A stretch of 64,000 nucleotides of DNA from NCBI GenBank assembly GCA_051251855.1, contig JBPOGI010000002.1, forward strand, positions 704,001 through 768,000, in the 5' to 3' direction. This DNA comes from Roseibacillus sp. (GTDB lineage Bacteria; Verrucomicrobiota; Verrucomicrobiia; Verrucomicrobiales; Akkermansiaceae). This document shows positions 48,643 to 58,803 of this stretch, piece by piece. Numbering within the stretch: the first letter of the stretch is position 1; every line of letters starts with the position of its first letter. A program made the position numbers and the translations under genes. The notes beneath the pieces are model-generated. The model was not told where the DNA came from and ran no database searches. It worked only from the letters and a program-made list of their open reading frames with translations.

Positions 48643-50655
48643 TTAGTAAAGGTAGACCGAGAGAATGTGGAAGGTGAGGAGCACGGGGAGGGGCCAGAAG
48701 AGAATGAGGTGCGCGTAGGTGAGGGCGGGGCGGAAGCGTCTGGCGGTGAGGGCAGCCTTGGAATTACCGGCGCTTTCGATGGCTGCGACGACTCCAGCAA
48801 GGGCTCCTAGTAGATTGAGAGCTACGAAAGTGAACATGAGCCAGAAGTTTAGGTTGTGACCGAAGCGGAATCCGGTGTGAACGAACAATGCCAAGAGGGC
48901 AATGATGCCGAAGGCGGTATGAAAGACCCTCCAGTAGGCGAAGTGGCCAAAGCGAAACCACTTGATGCGCTTGCGAAGTGAGAGGAGAAGCCCAATCAGG
49001 AAGATGCCCATGAGGGTGTATCCGGTAATCTGCTTGATGACGCCGTCGCGCCAAAATTGGTCGACTTGATACCACCATGATGCGACTGAGTCGGCCATCG
49101 CTGGTGGGGGAGCAAAGATAGTGATGAGGACGGCAAGGAGAGCAAGAATGGAGAGGGCGAGAAGGGCGCGTGCTCCCTTGGGTTTCGAAACGACGGGGGC
49201 TCCGCAAAGTTCATCTAGGAGAGGTTCGCAGGAACCGCAAACGGTGGACGCGCTGGTCTGGGCGGCGAGAAGTTTGGGGTCGTTCTTGCACTTAGCGAGG
49301 CAGGCGACGAGCTGCCCCTTGTTGACTCCCATGCAGTTGCAAACGATGCGCTCGTCGGGCCATTGGGCGACCGGTGTTTCGCCGCCACCTGGTTGGAGGA
49401 CACCTTCGGCGGCGAAGTAGTCTTCTTCCTTCTTCTTGATGAATTGTCCCTCGGCATAGAGAGATTGGATTTTTCCACCTTCAGGCCAGTCGCCTACTCC
49501 AAGGCCGCCTTTGAGTTCTCCCTTGGGTCCTAAGATGAGCATGCGGTAGAGATCGTCGGTGGAGAACTCGACGCGTCGGCCTTCTTCGAGGGGGTCGCCA
49601 ATGGTGATGACGTCTACCCCGAGCATTTTAAGTCGAGTGGAAAGGTCAGGAGTGGGGAAGGGGGCGATCTTTTGCCCTTCGAGGCGCGCGATGAGGTGGC
49701 GGGCCATGGCGTAGCCCGGAGCGGCGAGGCCATAGATGTTTCCATCGAGGAGGGCGCATTCACCGATGGCGAAGATATTGTCTTCGCTGGTCTCGAAGTG
49801 GTCGTTGACGACGATGCCTCCGCGGAGACCTGTCTCTAATCCGGAGTTTTTGGCAAGCTCGCTATTGGGGGTGATACCGGCGGAGATGACGACGAGGTCG
49901 CAGTCGAGGGGATCGCCTTTGTCGAAGACGAGCCTGAGTTGTTCGCCGGTGTCCTCGATGGTGGTAGAGCCTTTGCCTAGGTAGAGTCCGATGCCTTGCT
50001 CTGTAATGGATTTTTGAAGGAGAGTGGATGCGGTTTCGTTGAGTTGGCGGGGCATCAAGAACGAGGCTCGCTCGACGACGTCTGCTTTGAGTCCCAGTTT
50101 TTGAATGGCTTGAGCGGCTTCGAGACCGAGGAGTCCACCCCCGACGACTGCGGCTTTGGATTTACCCTTGGAGGCTGAAATAATGGACTTGAGGTCGACT
50201 ATATTGCGGTAGAGGAAAACGTTGGGATGGTCACCGCCGGGAATGGGAGGGACGAAGGGGCGTGAGCCGGTGGCGAAGACGAGGATGTCGTAGTTGTGCT
50301 TGGTTTCATCCGAAAGGGTGACGCACTTGAGCTTGGGGTCGACTGCGACGACTTCGGTGCTAGTGAGGAGGGTAATTCCTTTTTCCTGATACCACTCTTC
50401 GCTGTTGAAGATGAGCTGGCTGGCATCCTTGTGGTCAACGTAGGTTGAGAGGTTGATGCGGTCGTAGGCGGGGAGAGGTTCTTTGCCGACGACGGTAATC
50501 TCCAGGTTAGGGAAAATCTTCGATTGGGTGAAATACTCACAGAGCTTTCCTCCGACCATGCCGTTGCCAATCACCAAGAGGCGAGAACCTTTGGGCAACG
50601 CCTGGCGGCGGCTTGCCTTCTTGTTCTTGGATTGACCTTGAAAGGCGGACTTCAC
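48643..50655 (-). CDS. NirB-like FAD/NADH oxidoreductase plus BFD-like [2Fe-2S] fused to a 5-TM putative di-heme b domain
   Basis: VIGNGMVG, AYDRI.LS, ATGS.PFVPP, GGGLLGLEAA, T.LK..G; VCNC...CGSC; two H-x13-H helices; no siroheme domain. Confidence 0.85.
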   Translation of the reverse strand: MKSAFQGQSKNKKASRRQALPKGSRLLVIGNGMVGGKLCEYFTQSKIFPNLEITVVGKEPLPAYDRINLSTYVDHKDASQLIFNSEEWYQEKGITLLTSTEVVAVDPKLKCVTLSDETKHNYDILVFATGSRPFVPPIPGGDHPNVFLYRNIVDLKSIISASKGKSKAAVVGGGLLGLEAAQAIQKLGLKADVVERASFLMPRQLNETASTLLQKSITEQGIGLYLGKGSTTIEDTGEQLRLVFDKGDPLDCDLVVISAGITPNSELAKNSGLETGLRGGIVVNDHFETSEDNIFAIGECALLDGNIYGLAAPGYAMARHLIARLEGQKIAPFPTPDLSTRLKMLGVDVITIGDPLEEGRRVEFSTDDLYRMLILGPKGELKGGLGVGDWPEGGKIQSLYAEGQFIKKKEEDYFAAEGVLQPGGGETPVAQWPDERIVCNCMGVNKGQLVACLAKCKNDPKLLAAQTSASTVCGSCEPLLDELCGAPVVSKPKGARALLALSILALLAVLITIFAPPPAMADSVASWWYQVDQFWRDGVIKQITGYTLMGIFLIGLLLSLRKRIKWFRFGHFAYWRVFHTAFGIIALLALFVHTGFRFGHNLNFWLMFTFVALNLLGALAGVVAAIESAGNSKAALTARRFRPALTYAHLILFWPLPVLLTFHILSVYLY

Positions 50656-50666
50656 TCTTTGAGTTG

Positions 50667-50794
50667 AGCATTCGGGTAACCAATAGTTTGGAGCTTGCTT
50701 CGATTCTTTAGGAAAGTGGGACCCCGAAAGAATGAGTTTTGTTAATGCTCTATTTCGCTCCTGAAAATCGCGGAAATGGATGATTGGATTTCAT
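50667..50794 (-). promoter_or_regulatory. Sigma54-type promoter plus two AT-N11-AT boxes
   Basis: Minus strand TGGTTACCCGAATGCT (50682-50667); ATGAGTTTTGTTAAT at 50732-50746 and ATGATTGGATTTCAT at 50780-50794. Confidence 0.65.
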
Positions 50795-50989
50795 GAGAGG
50801 TGGCCTTGGTTGATCGTCACTTTGATGGGCACTATCTCCGACTGCGCTCCCCTCGGTGATGATGGCTCGAGGGAGCGAGTGTCTCTTATACGCGAGTGTG
50901 AATTTGGTCGTCTCGACTGGATGAGTAGGGCTTCTATCCAATTGGACTCAGACTCACTGACTAGAGGGCTGTGCTACTTGTTAAGTGAC

Positions 50990-51019
50990 AAAAAAACTCC
51001 GACGAATGAATCGTCGGAG
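50990..51019 (-). terminator. Intrinsic terminator after permease gene
   Basis: CTCCGACGA-ATGAA-TCGTCGGAG with preceding A7 on + strand. Confidence 0.8.
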
Positions 51020-51051
51020 CTTTGAGAAGAGAAAAAACTTGAGACCTACGT

Positions 51052-52686
51052 CTAGGCGGTGGCGGAACCGTCATCGAAGGAGACGAGGCGTTGGAGTATA
51101 ATCATCAAGCGGTCGAGGAAGAATCCAATGACTCCTACCACGAAGCAGGCGAGGATGATGTTGGCAAAGGATTGTGAGGAGCCATTTTGATATTCGTCCC
51201 AGACATACTTGCCGAGTCCGTCGGATGAGGAAAGGGCTTCAGCGGCGATGAGGACCATCCAGCCCACTCCGAGTGAGATGCGCAGGCCGGCGAAGACAAG
51301 CGGAAGGGAGGAGGGAATGACGATTTTGAAAAGGCGGGACCAGAAGCCGAGCTTGAGAACCTTGGCGACATTGAGGTGGTCTTTATCGATGGCAGAAACG
51401 CCGAGCGCGGTGTTGACCAACGCAGGCCAGAGGGCGCACATAGCAACGGTGCAGGCCGAGAAGATCATGGCGGGGTTGGTTTGCAGAAAAGACAAGGGGT
51501 TGAGGGAGTCGTTCATGAAAACGAAGAGGGGATGGCTCGCTGGATCGGGGAGGAAAAAGGCGCCGACGATGATTTGGAAAATAAGGAGCCAAACGACCGG
51601 TGATACTGGGCGGAAGATTGAAATGAGAGGCGTCATGGAAGCCATGAAGATACGATTGAGTCCGCACATGATACCGAGAGGAATGGCTACGACAGCGGCA
51701 ATGAGGAACCCTACGAAGACGGTGGCGATAGAGCGCTTAGTCTGCCAAAAAATGGTAGCGGTGCGAGGGTAGGTTTGTTCGCTCGTGCTGGCAGCGCGTT
51801 CGCTGTTTTTGACGACAGACTTCGCTTCTTTGAGGGCTTCTTTTCCAGTAGCAGCGGCGGCGAGTTGCTGGGTGTCTTCTTTGGCCTTGGCGATGAGGGT
51901 TGCTTCTTTGACGCTGCGGTTTCCAGTAGTGAGAATGTCGATGAGCTTCTTGTAGTGCTGCACTTCGTCGGCTACCTTGTTCGTTGCGAGTTGAGATGAT
52001 TTGACCTCTTCAGGAGGGTTGTCTCGAATGAGGTCGAGCTCGTCTTTAAGCAGGGTTTCTGCATTTTTTTCCTTCTCTTCGAAGGCGGTGCTTTCTTTCA
52101 CGAGAGCGATGAGTTTTTCAGGGGATGCTTCCTTCAGCGCGACCTTTTCTGCGAGGGTTTCTAAGGCGAGGTCTCGAGCGTCTTCGGCGGCATTATTCTT
52201 CGCCTTGATGGCATCATAGCGAGCTTGCACGGGGGCGAGCTTGGCGTTCATTTCTTCCTTGGAGGAGGCTGCGATTTCGACTGCCTTTTTTTGGAGCTTG
52301 GCTTGCTCGGCTTCGAGGGTGATGAGTTCTTTCTTGGCGCGTTCGATTTCTTCCAACCGTGGCTTGCCAGTGAGGCCGAAGGCGTTCTCCTTCTCGTTCT
52401 CGCGCTCATTAAAACGTCGGGCGTCGTTGAACGCGGTGCTGACGGCAGCTGGACCGGGGACTTCGCCGGACTTGGTCTTCAGTTTAGTGATGACGGTGGC
52501 CCAGATGAAGATGAGAATGGAAACAAAGACGATAGGAACGACCATGTATTGGGCGATGTCTTTGACTTGTTTCTGAGGCTCCTCGCCAAAGAGGAGTCTA
52601 ACGGGCGGGTCGAGAACCTTAAAGCCGCTGACATCGATGACCTTGAGAATTCCGTATTTGATTTTGTCCTTGGGTGAGTCTGACAT
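51052..52686 (-). CDS. Nitrate ABC transporter permease (NrtB-like) with long helical insertion
   Basis: S..TV..GF, RPVSPVVW, LWP...NTA.GV, GLRISLGVGWMVLIAAE, GLGK.VWDE.QNG. Confidence 0.88.
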   Translation of the reverse strand: MSDSPKDKIKYGILKVIDVSGFKVLDPPVRLLFGEEPQKQVKDIAQYMVVPIVFVSILIFIWATVITKLKTKSGEVPGPAAVSTAFNDARRFNERENEKENAFGLTGKPRLEEIERAKKELITLEAEQAKLQKKAVEIAASSKEEMNAKLAPVQARYDAIKAKNNAAEDARDLALETLAEKVALKEASPEKLIALVKESTAFEEKEKNAETLLKDELDLIRDNPPEEVKSSQLATNKVADEVQHYKKLIDILTTGNRSVKEATLIAKAKEDTQQLAAAATGKEALKEAKSVVKNSERAASTSEQTYPRTATIFWQTKRSIATVFVGFLIAAVVAIPLGIMCGLNRIFMASMTPLISIFRPVSPVVWLLIFQIIVGAFFLPDPASHPLFVFMNDSLNPLSFLQTNPAMIFSACTVAMCALWPALVNTALGVSAIDKDHLNVAKVLKLGFWSRLFKIVIPSSLPLVFAGLRISLGVGWMVLIAAEALSSSDGLGKYVWDEYQNGSSQSFANIILACFVVGVIGFFLDRLMIILQRLVSFDDGSATA

Positions 52687-52713
52687 AGCGAAGCTGTGAG
52701 CTGGCCGAACTCT

Positions 52714-52792
52714 TGCAGCCCTCGGGCCAAGTGGCGGAGTTGGGCTGAGAATTTTGAGAAGAGATGAACTCGACTCCATGAATTTGATTCAT
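52714..52792 (-). promoter_or_regulatory. Sigma54-type promoter plus AT-N11-AT box
   Basis: Minus strand TGGCCCGAGGGCTGCA (52729-52714); ATGAATTTGATTCAT at 52778-52792. Confidence 0.75.
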
Positions 52793-52805
52793 GAATTTTT
52801 CCGTT

Positions 52806-53693
52806 TTACGGTTTTTGAATGATAATACGGAAGCCGATGTTGTAGCTACGGCTTTCGGGGCCAGAGCTGTAGCGGTAGGCTGACCGGCAGCTATTGGCGG
52901 TTCGGTTCCAAGTTCCCCCGCGAATATTTCTACCGTCACCTGTTTCGGGGCCTTGGGGATCGTTCCCGCCGCTGGCTTTCTCGGAATACCAGTCGGCACA
53001 CCATTCGTAGAGGTTGCCGTGCATGTCGTAGAGTCCCCATGCGTTGGGTTCGAAGCTTTTTACCTCGGTCGTTTTTTCGCGGTACTCGCCTTCTTCAGTG
53101 AGACCGTAGGGCTTCTTGCCATAGAAGTTTGCTTGTTCAGCGCTGAGGGTGTTACCGAATGAGAAGACGGTGCGCGTGCCTGCGCGGCAGGCGTATTCCC
53201 ATTGGGCTTCGGTGGGGAGGGTGTAGGCGAGTTCCTTTGGAAGAACTCCGGACTCGTGTTCAGTTTGGGTAAGGATCTTGGCAAAGGAGATGGCGTCTGA
53301 CCAGTTGACGAAGCTCATGGGTTGATTGGGTCCTATTGCTGAAGCTTCTGCGACCAAGTTAGCTCCGCGCCCGATAGGGCCTTCTTTGATGTCGATTTGC
53401 TGTTGGATGGTCTTTCCCATGACGGCGAGCCATTGTCCTTGCGTAATCTCGGATTCAGACATGAGGAAGTTCTGCGAAATTTTCACGGAGACTTCGTCTT
53501 CGTCGTTGCCACGGCCTTTTTCCGTTTCGGGGCTGCCCATTACAAATTCGCCGGCAGTGATGGGGAGCATTTTGAGGCCGATGCTGTTGTTGTAGGGTTC
53601 GGTGAGAAGTCTTTCGTCAGCAAGAGAAGTATGGGTGCCGAGAGCGAGGGTTACCACGGCGAGAAAGGGGAGGGGCCAGAGTTTTTGCTGCAT
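52806..53693 (-). CDS. FGE-sulfatase (SUMF1-like) domain protein
   Basis: F.MGS, EITQGQW, LPTEAQWEYACRAG, PNAWGLYDMHGN..EWC.DWY, RGG.W, GFR. Confidence 0.9.
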   Translation of the reverse strand: MQQKLWPLPFLAVVTLALGTHTSLADERLLTEPYNNSIGLKMLPITAGEFVMGSPETEKGRGNDEDEVSVKISQNFLMSESEITQGQWLAVMGKTIQQQIDIKEGPIGRGANLVAEASAIGPNQPMSFVNWSDAISFAKILTQTEHESGVLPKELAYTLPTEAQWEYACRAGTRTVFSFGNTLSAEQANFYGKKPYGLTEEGEYREKTTEVKSFEPNAWGLYDMHGNLYEWCADWYSEKASGGNDPQGPETGDGRNIRGGTWNRTANSCRSAYRYSSGPESRSYNIGFRIIIQKP

Positions 53694-53778
53694 TATGGGA
53701 GGATGAGAGCAGAAAGAGAACCAAGGAGCACGAAGGCAGCTTTTGATTCACGAGTGGAATTACTTTAAACTATGAAAC

Positions 53779-53812
53779 AAAAAGACCGTCTGGAGATGAA
53801 CTCCAGACGGTC
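53779..53812 (-). terminator. Intrinsic terminator after nrtA-like gene
   Basis: GACCGTCTGGAG-ATGAA-CTCCAGACGGTC with preceding A5 on + strand. Confidence 0.8.
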
Positions 53813-53837
53813 AAATAACCAGGATAAGTTGTTTCGA

Positions 53838-55199
<1,362 letters not shown>

Positions 55200-55206
55200 T
55201 GTTTGG

Positions 55207-56283
55207 TTAGTTTTCTTTGACTCCTGGAACGGAGGTTGAGAGTTGTTCTTGGGCTTGCTCGAAGAGGTCCATGCGGAAGATGAAGTCGTTGGGGAGCTGT
55301 TGCCCTTTTCTAAGAAGTCCCGAGAGGCGGACTCCTTCGCGCAGCCACGAAGCTGTCTTGCTAGTGGGAGCGTTGACTTCCTTGTCGTGAAAGATGTGAA
55401 AGTCGGGAAAGGACTTTTCGGGGTTTCCACTGGTGGCAGGAAGGCGACCCAAGAGGCTGAAGGGGAGGGAATCTTGGATAAGGTTCATTCCGGGTTCGGC
55501 TGAGAGGTAAGTGAGAACTTCGTTGTGATTGCTTGGATTCTGGCAATACTGGCAGGCTTCCAAGAGGGCGCTAGTGAGGGATCGGAGCTCGTTAGGATGG
55601 CTTTCAGCAAAGCTGAGAGTGGCAGCGAGTACTTTCTCGGGGTGGCCGTTAGAGAGTTCTATCGAGTTGGAAACGCACCAGCCGATTCCTTGCATCATGG
55701 CCACCGAGTTCCAAGGTTCGCCCACACAGCAGCCGTCAATATGACCGTGGGAAAGACTACGAATCATGATTTCTGGTGGAAGAGAAATGATTTCGACGAA
55801 GGGGTGTTTTGCAATTCCATTTCGCTTGAGCCACAGGAGAAGGAGCGAGTGATGTGAAGAGCAGGGATGCACGGAGGCGAGGGTGAGGGGGGACTCCTTG
55901 CTGTAGTTTTCTTCGATGAAAGCTAGGAATTCTCCAGGCTTATCGAACATGTCACGGGGAATCTTATTAGAGAGGGTAAGGCCGTTACCGTTGGCGCTAA
56001 GCACGAGGGGAACGACCATTTCTTTGGGGATTGTGCCGACGCCGTGATGGATGGCGAGGGCGAGAGGTCCGAGGCATTGGGCTGCGTCGAGCTCGGCGTG
56101 AACGAGTTTTTCGCGAACGGTGGCCCAGCCTGGCTCTTGGGAGGTGACAACGTTGACACCATGCTTTGCAAAGAGTCCCTTCTCTCGAGCAACGATGATC
56201 GGAGCGCAGTCAATGAGGGGGATATACCCCAATCGGATTGGCTGGTTAGTGATTGTGAGAAGGTTGGAATCAGGTGAAACCAT
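55207..56283 (-). CDS. Signal-less NrtA/CmpA-like protein (NasS-like cytoplasmic nitrate sensor)
   Basis: [16 protein letters not shown]...[28 protein letters not shown]; no signal peptide. Confidence 0.75.
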   Translation of the reverse strand: MVSPDSNLLTITNQPIRLGYIPLIDCAPIIVAREKGLFAKHGVNVVTSQEPGWATVREKLVHAELDAAQCLGPLALAIHHGVGTIPKEMVVPLVLSANGNGLTLSNKIPRDMFDKPGEFLAFIEENYSKESPLTLASVHPCSSHHSLLLLWLKRNGIAKHPFVEIISLPPEIMIRSLSHGHIDGCCVGEPWNSVAMMQGIGWCVSNSIELSNGHPEKVLAATLSFAESHPNELRSLTSALLEACQYCQNPSNHNEVLTYLSAEPGMNLIQDSLPFSLLGRLPATSGNPEKSFPDFHIFHDKEVNAPTSKTASWLREGVRLSGLLRKGQQLPNDFIFRMDLFEQAQEQLSTSVPGVKEN

Positions 56284-56294
56284 GCCGTTCTCTC

Positions 56295-56374
56295 AGCCGG
56301 AGTCGTGCCAAATGGCAAAAATGGCATATTTGGTGCTATGGGAAAGTATCTCAACAATGATGAACCCCATTCAT
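56295..56374 (-). promoter_or_regulatory. Sigma54-type promoter plus AT-N11-AT box overlapping the LysR start codon
   Basis: Minus strand TGGCACGACTCCGGCT (56310-56295); ATGAACCCCATTCAT at 56360-56374. Confidence 0.75.
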
Positions 56375-57332
56375 GTACCGTGAATTACCAGACCTGCGCC
56401 AAGTAAGAGCCTTTGTGGCGCTTGCAGATACCCAGTCCTTTACGCGGGCGGCTGAGACTTTATTTTTGACGCAGTCGGCGGTAAGCCATTCGATTCGCAG
56501 TCTTGAGCAGCAACTGGAGGTTCAGTTGGTGGAACGTTCGGGCAAGAAAATTGCTCTCACGCAGGACGGAGTTGTTTTTCTTCGACGTTGTCGTTCAGTG
56601 ATTAGCGAGTTGGAGCAAGCCACCCAAGAAATGGAGGCGCTTAAGCGTTGGGGCCAAGGCAGAATTCGATTAGGGGCGACCCACACGCTTTGCCAGTATC
56701 TCTTGCCGACAGTGCTGCGGGAGTTTCGCGATTGTTTTCCACGTTGTGAAGTTCACATCGAGTCGGGCGACACGGCGGAACTCATGCAAAAGCTTGAGGA
56801 TGCTCAGCTCGATTTGGTTTTGGGGTTAGGTGGTCGCACACCCAACTGGGCCGCTTTTCTCCCCGTGTTCGATGATGAGCTGGTTTTCGTGGTGTCCGCG
56901 CAGCACCCTTGGGCGAACAAAGTAGAGATTCCTTTGGAGGAAATTGGCAGCGAGTCTTTTCTAATTTATGCGAAGAAGAGTGAGACCTATCGGCTCATTC
57001 GCAATCACTTCGAGGGTCTTGGCGTCAAGCTAAGGACCACGCTCAACCTAGGTGCGATGGAGGCCATTAAAGAAATGGCACGTATTGGAATTGGGGTTGG
57101 GATCGTTTCGCCTTGGGTGGCTCGAAAGGAATTGGAGCGAGGTCAACTCGTGCAGGTTCCCATTCGAAAGGAGCCTCTCACCAGGGAGTGGGGGGTCTTT
57201 TGTCACGAGAGTAAGAAGCTTTCATTGGTCGAAGATACTTTCGTGGGAATCTGTGAGGTGACGGCTCGGACCTTCAATGCTTCACCAACGGCCCCAACTG
57301 AAAAAGCCGTCGACCTTGCGGCGACGGCTTAG
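56373..57332 (+). CDS. LysR-type transcriptional regulator
   Basis: SFTRAAETLFLTQSAVSHSIRSLEQQL...LVER; G.IRLGA; EAIKEM...G.G. Confidence 0.95.
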   Translation: MYRELPDLRQVRAFVALADTQSFTRAAETLFLTQSAVSHSIRSLEQQLEVQLVERSGKKIALTQDGVVFLRRCRSVISELEQATQEMEALKRWGQGRIRLGATHTLCQYLLPTVLREFRDCFPRCEVHIESGDTAELMQKLEDAQLDLVLGLGGRTPNWAAFLPVFDDELVFVVSAQHPWANKVEIPLEEIGSESFLIYAKKSETYRLIRNHFEGLGVKLRTTLNLGAMEAIKEMARIGIGVGIVSPWVARKELERGQLVQVPIRKEPLTREWGVFCHESKKLSLVEDTFVGICEVTARTFNASPTAPTEKAVDLAATA

Positions 57333-57355
57333 AGTCAGTTGTTAGAGGAGGTTTC

Positions 57356-58642
57356 TTAGAACTTGTAAGAGAGGTCGACAGTGACTTGCTTGATATCAGC
57401 ATAGGCGCTGCTCTCGTCTCCGAAGAAGTAGGCCGCTTTGATGAGACCTGACAGGTTGTCAGTGAATTTCTTCGCCAAGATGAGGTCTGCTTCGTAGCCG
57501 TATGTTGCGCTGAAGCTGTCATCGGCAAAGTAGTGAAGGAAGCCTTTGAGAGTGACGCCTCCAGGAAGCCCGGGCTGCACGAGGCCTAGATATACATCTG
57601 AAAGACCTTCGTAAGTTCCTCCAGGTCCATTGCGAAGTCCAATGCGGTCGAGGATGAACGCATCCGCAAATCCGTTGTAGGCGTGAACGGTCGCGAAGGG
57701 GGTTTTGAAGTCGTCTTCAAGATACTCAAGTCCGGCAATGAGGGAGGTTTTACCCACTTTATGGGTATATTTTACGTGCCCGTAGAAGGCTTCGTAATCA
57801 CCTCCAACTGTGCTGGTCCCGTCTTGAAAAGCTATTTCTCCATAGAGCCCACCGATTGTTGCGAAGGCACCGTAGGTGTTGCTCTCGCCGACGTTGGTGT
57901 TGTTGTCGACGTCAATGAGATATGCGTATCCACCGACGGTTCCAAAGTCAGCGTTGTAGGTGCCGTCAATGAAGTGGAAGTCACCCTCGAAATCATGGAG
58001 AGGAGGTCCGGGCAGAGCGTCATTGGCATCATTTCCGAAGATACGTTGCACGCGATTGGAGTAGGCATATGAGAGCGAGAAGTCGTCGTTCTTGTAGGCG
58101 ATTTGGGCTGCGTCGAAGGTCTGTTCGTTCTGACGCCAGCCGACGTTACCAATGAAAGCGGCGCTGTTGCGAATGATGCGTTGGCGTCCTACTTTGGCGA
58201 GAAAGCCATCTTGCTTGTATTGAACCCACGCACGGTTGAGTTCTGCGTTCTGAGGGTCGCCGATGGGGGTGTTACCTGATACGTAAGGGTAAGTTGACCG
58301 ACTGAATGGATTGCCGCTAGGAAGAGGGTTACTGGAGTAATCAGCCACTCCTGCGCCGGTGAACTCTCCTTCGGCGAAGGCGCTGAATCCGCCGAAGTCG
58401 CCGAGAAGGAGGCCAACTCGTGCCCTAGCGGTGAGAGCGTTTGAGGGGTCGAGGCCGTCAACTTCGCGGAACTCATACCGAGTATTGAGATTGACGCTTG
58501 GGGTAAGCCATTTGAAGGCATCCGGTTCGGAAGCTACGACAGGCTGCTCAGGAATATCGACGAAAGTCTCGCCTGCAAAAGCTGGAGAAGAGAGGCTAAG
58601 CGCAAGAGTGCAGCGACAAATATATGGATGGATAGTTTTCAT
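57356..58642 (-). CDS. Outer-membrane porin (alginate export family-like)
   Basis: Signal peptide; RYE, GRQRI...FIGNVGWRQNEQTFDA, F.TP.AT.H.YNG.AD.F; C-terminal YKF. Confidence 0.85.
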   Translation of the reverse strand: MKTIHPYICRCTLALSLSSPAFAGETFVDIPEQPVVASEPDAFKWLTPSVNLNTRYEFREVDGLDPSNALTARARVGLLLGDFGGFSAFAEGEFTGAGVADYSSNPLPSGNPFSRSTYPYVSGNTPIGDPQNAELNRAWVQYKQDGFLAKVGRQRIIRNSAAFIGNVGWRQNEQTFDAAQIAYKNDDFSLSYAYSNRVQRIFGNDANDALPGPPLHDFEGDFHFIDGTYNADFGTVGGYAYLIDVDNNTNVGESNTYGAFATIGGLYGEIAFQDGTSTVGGDYEAFYGHVKYTHKVGKTSLIAGLEYLEDDFKTPFATVHAYNGFADAFILDRIGLRNGPGGTYEGLSDVYLGLVQPGLPGGVTLKGFLHYFADDSFSATYGYEADLILAKKFTDNLSGLIKAAYFFGDESSAYADIKQVTVDLSYKF

Positions 58643-58662
58643 ATGATGGTCCGAGAACAGGA

Positions 58663-58742
58663 AGCGTTTGCGGTGCCATCGAGGTGAAGAAGAGTGTTGG
58701 TGACGGGTAAAGTGTTTCCATCGACTCATGATTTTGATTCAT
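58663..58742 (-). promoter_or_regulatory. Sigma54-type promoter plus AT-N11-AT box
   Basis: Minus strand TGGCACCGCAAACGCT (58678-58663); ATGATTTTGATTCAT at 58728-58742. Confidence 0.75.
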
Positions 58743-58803
58743 GAGCTGACAACTAGCTCTTGGATTCGGGGGCTGACGAGGTGTCAGGGGTACGAATTTT
58801 GCC

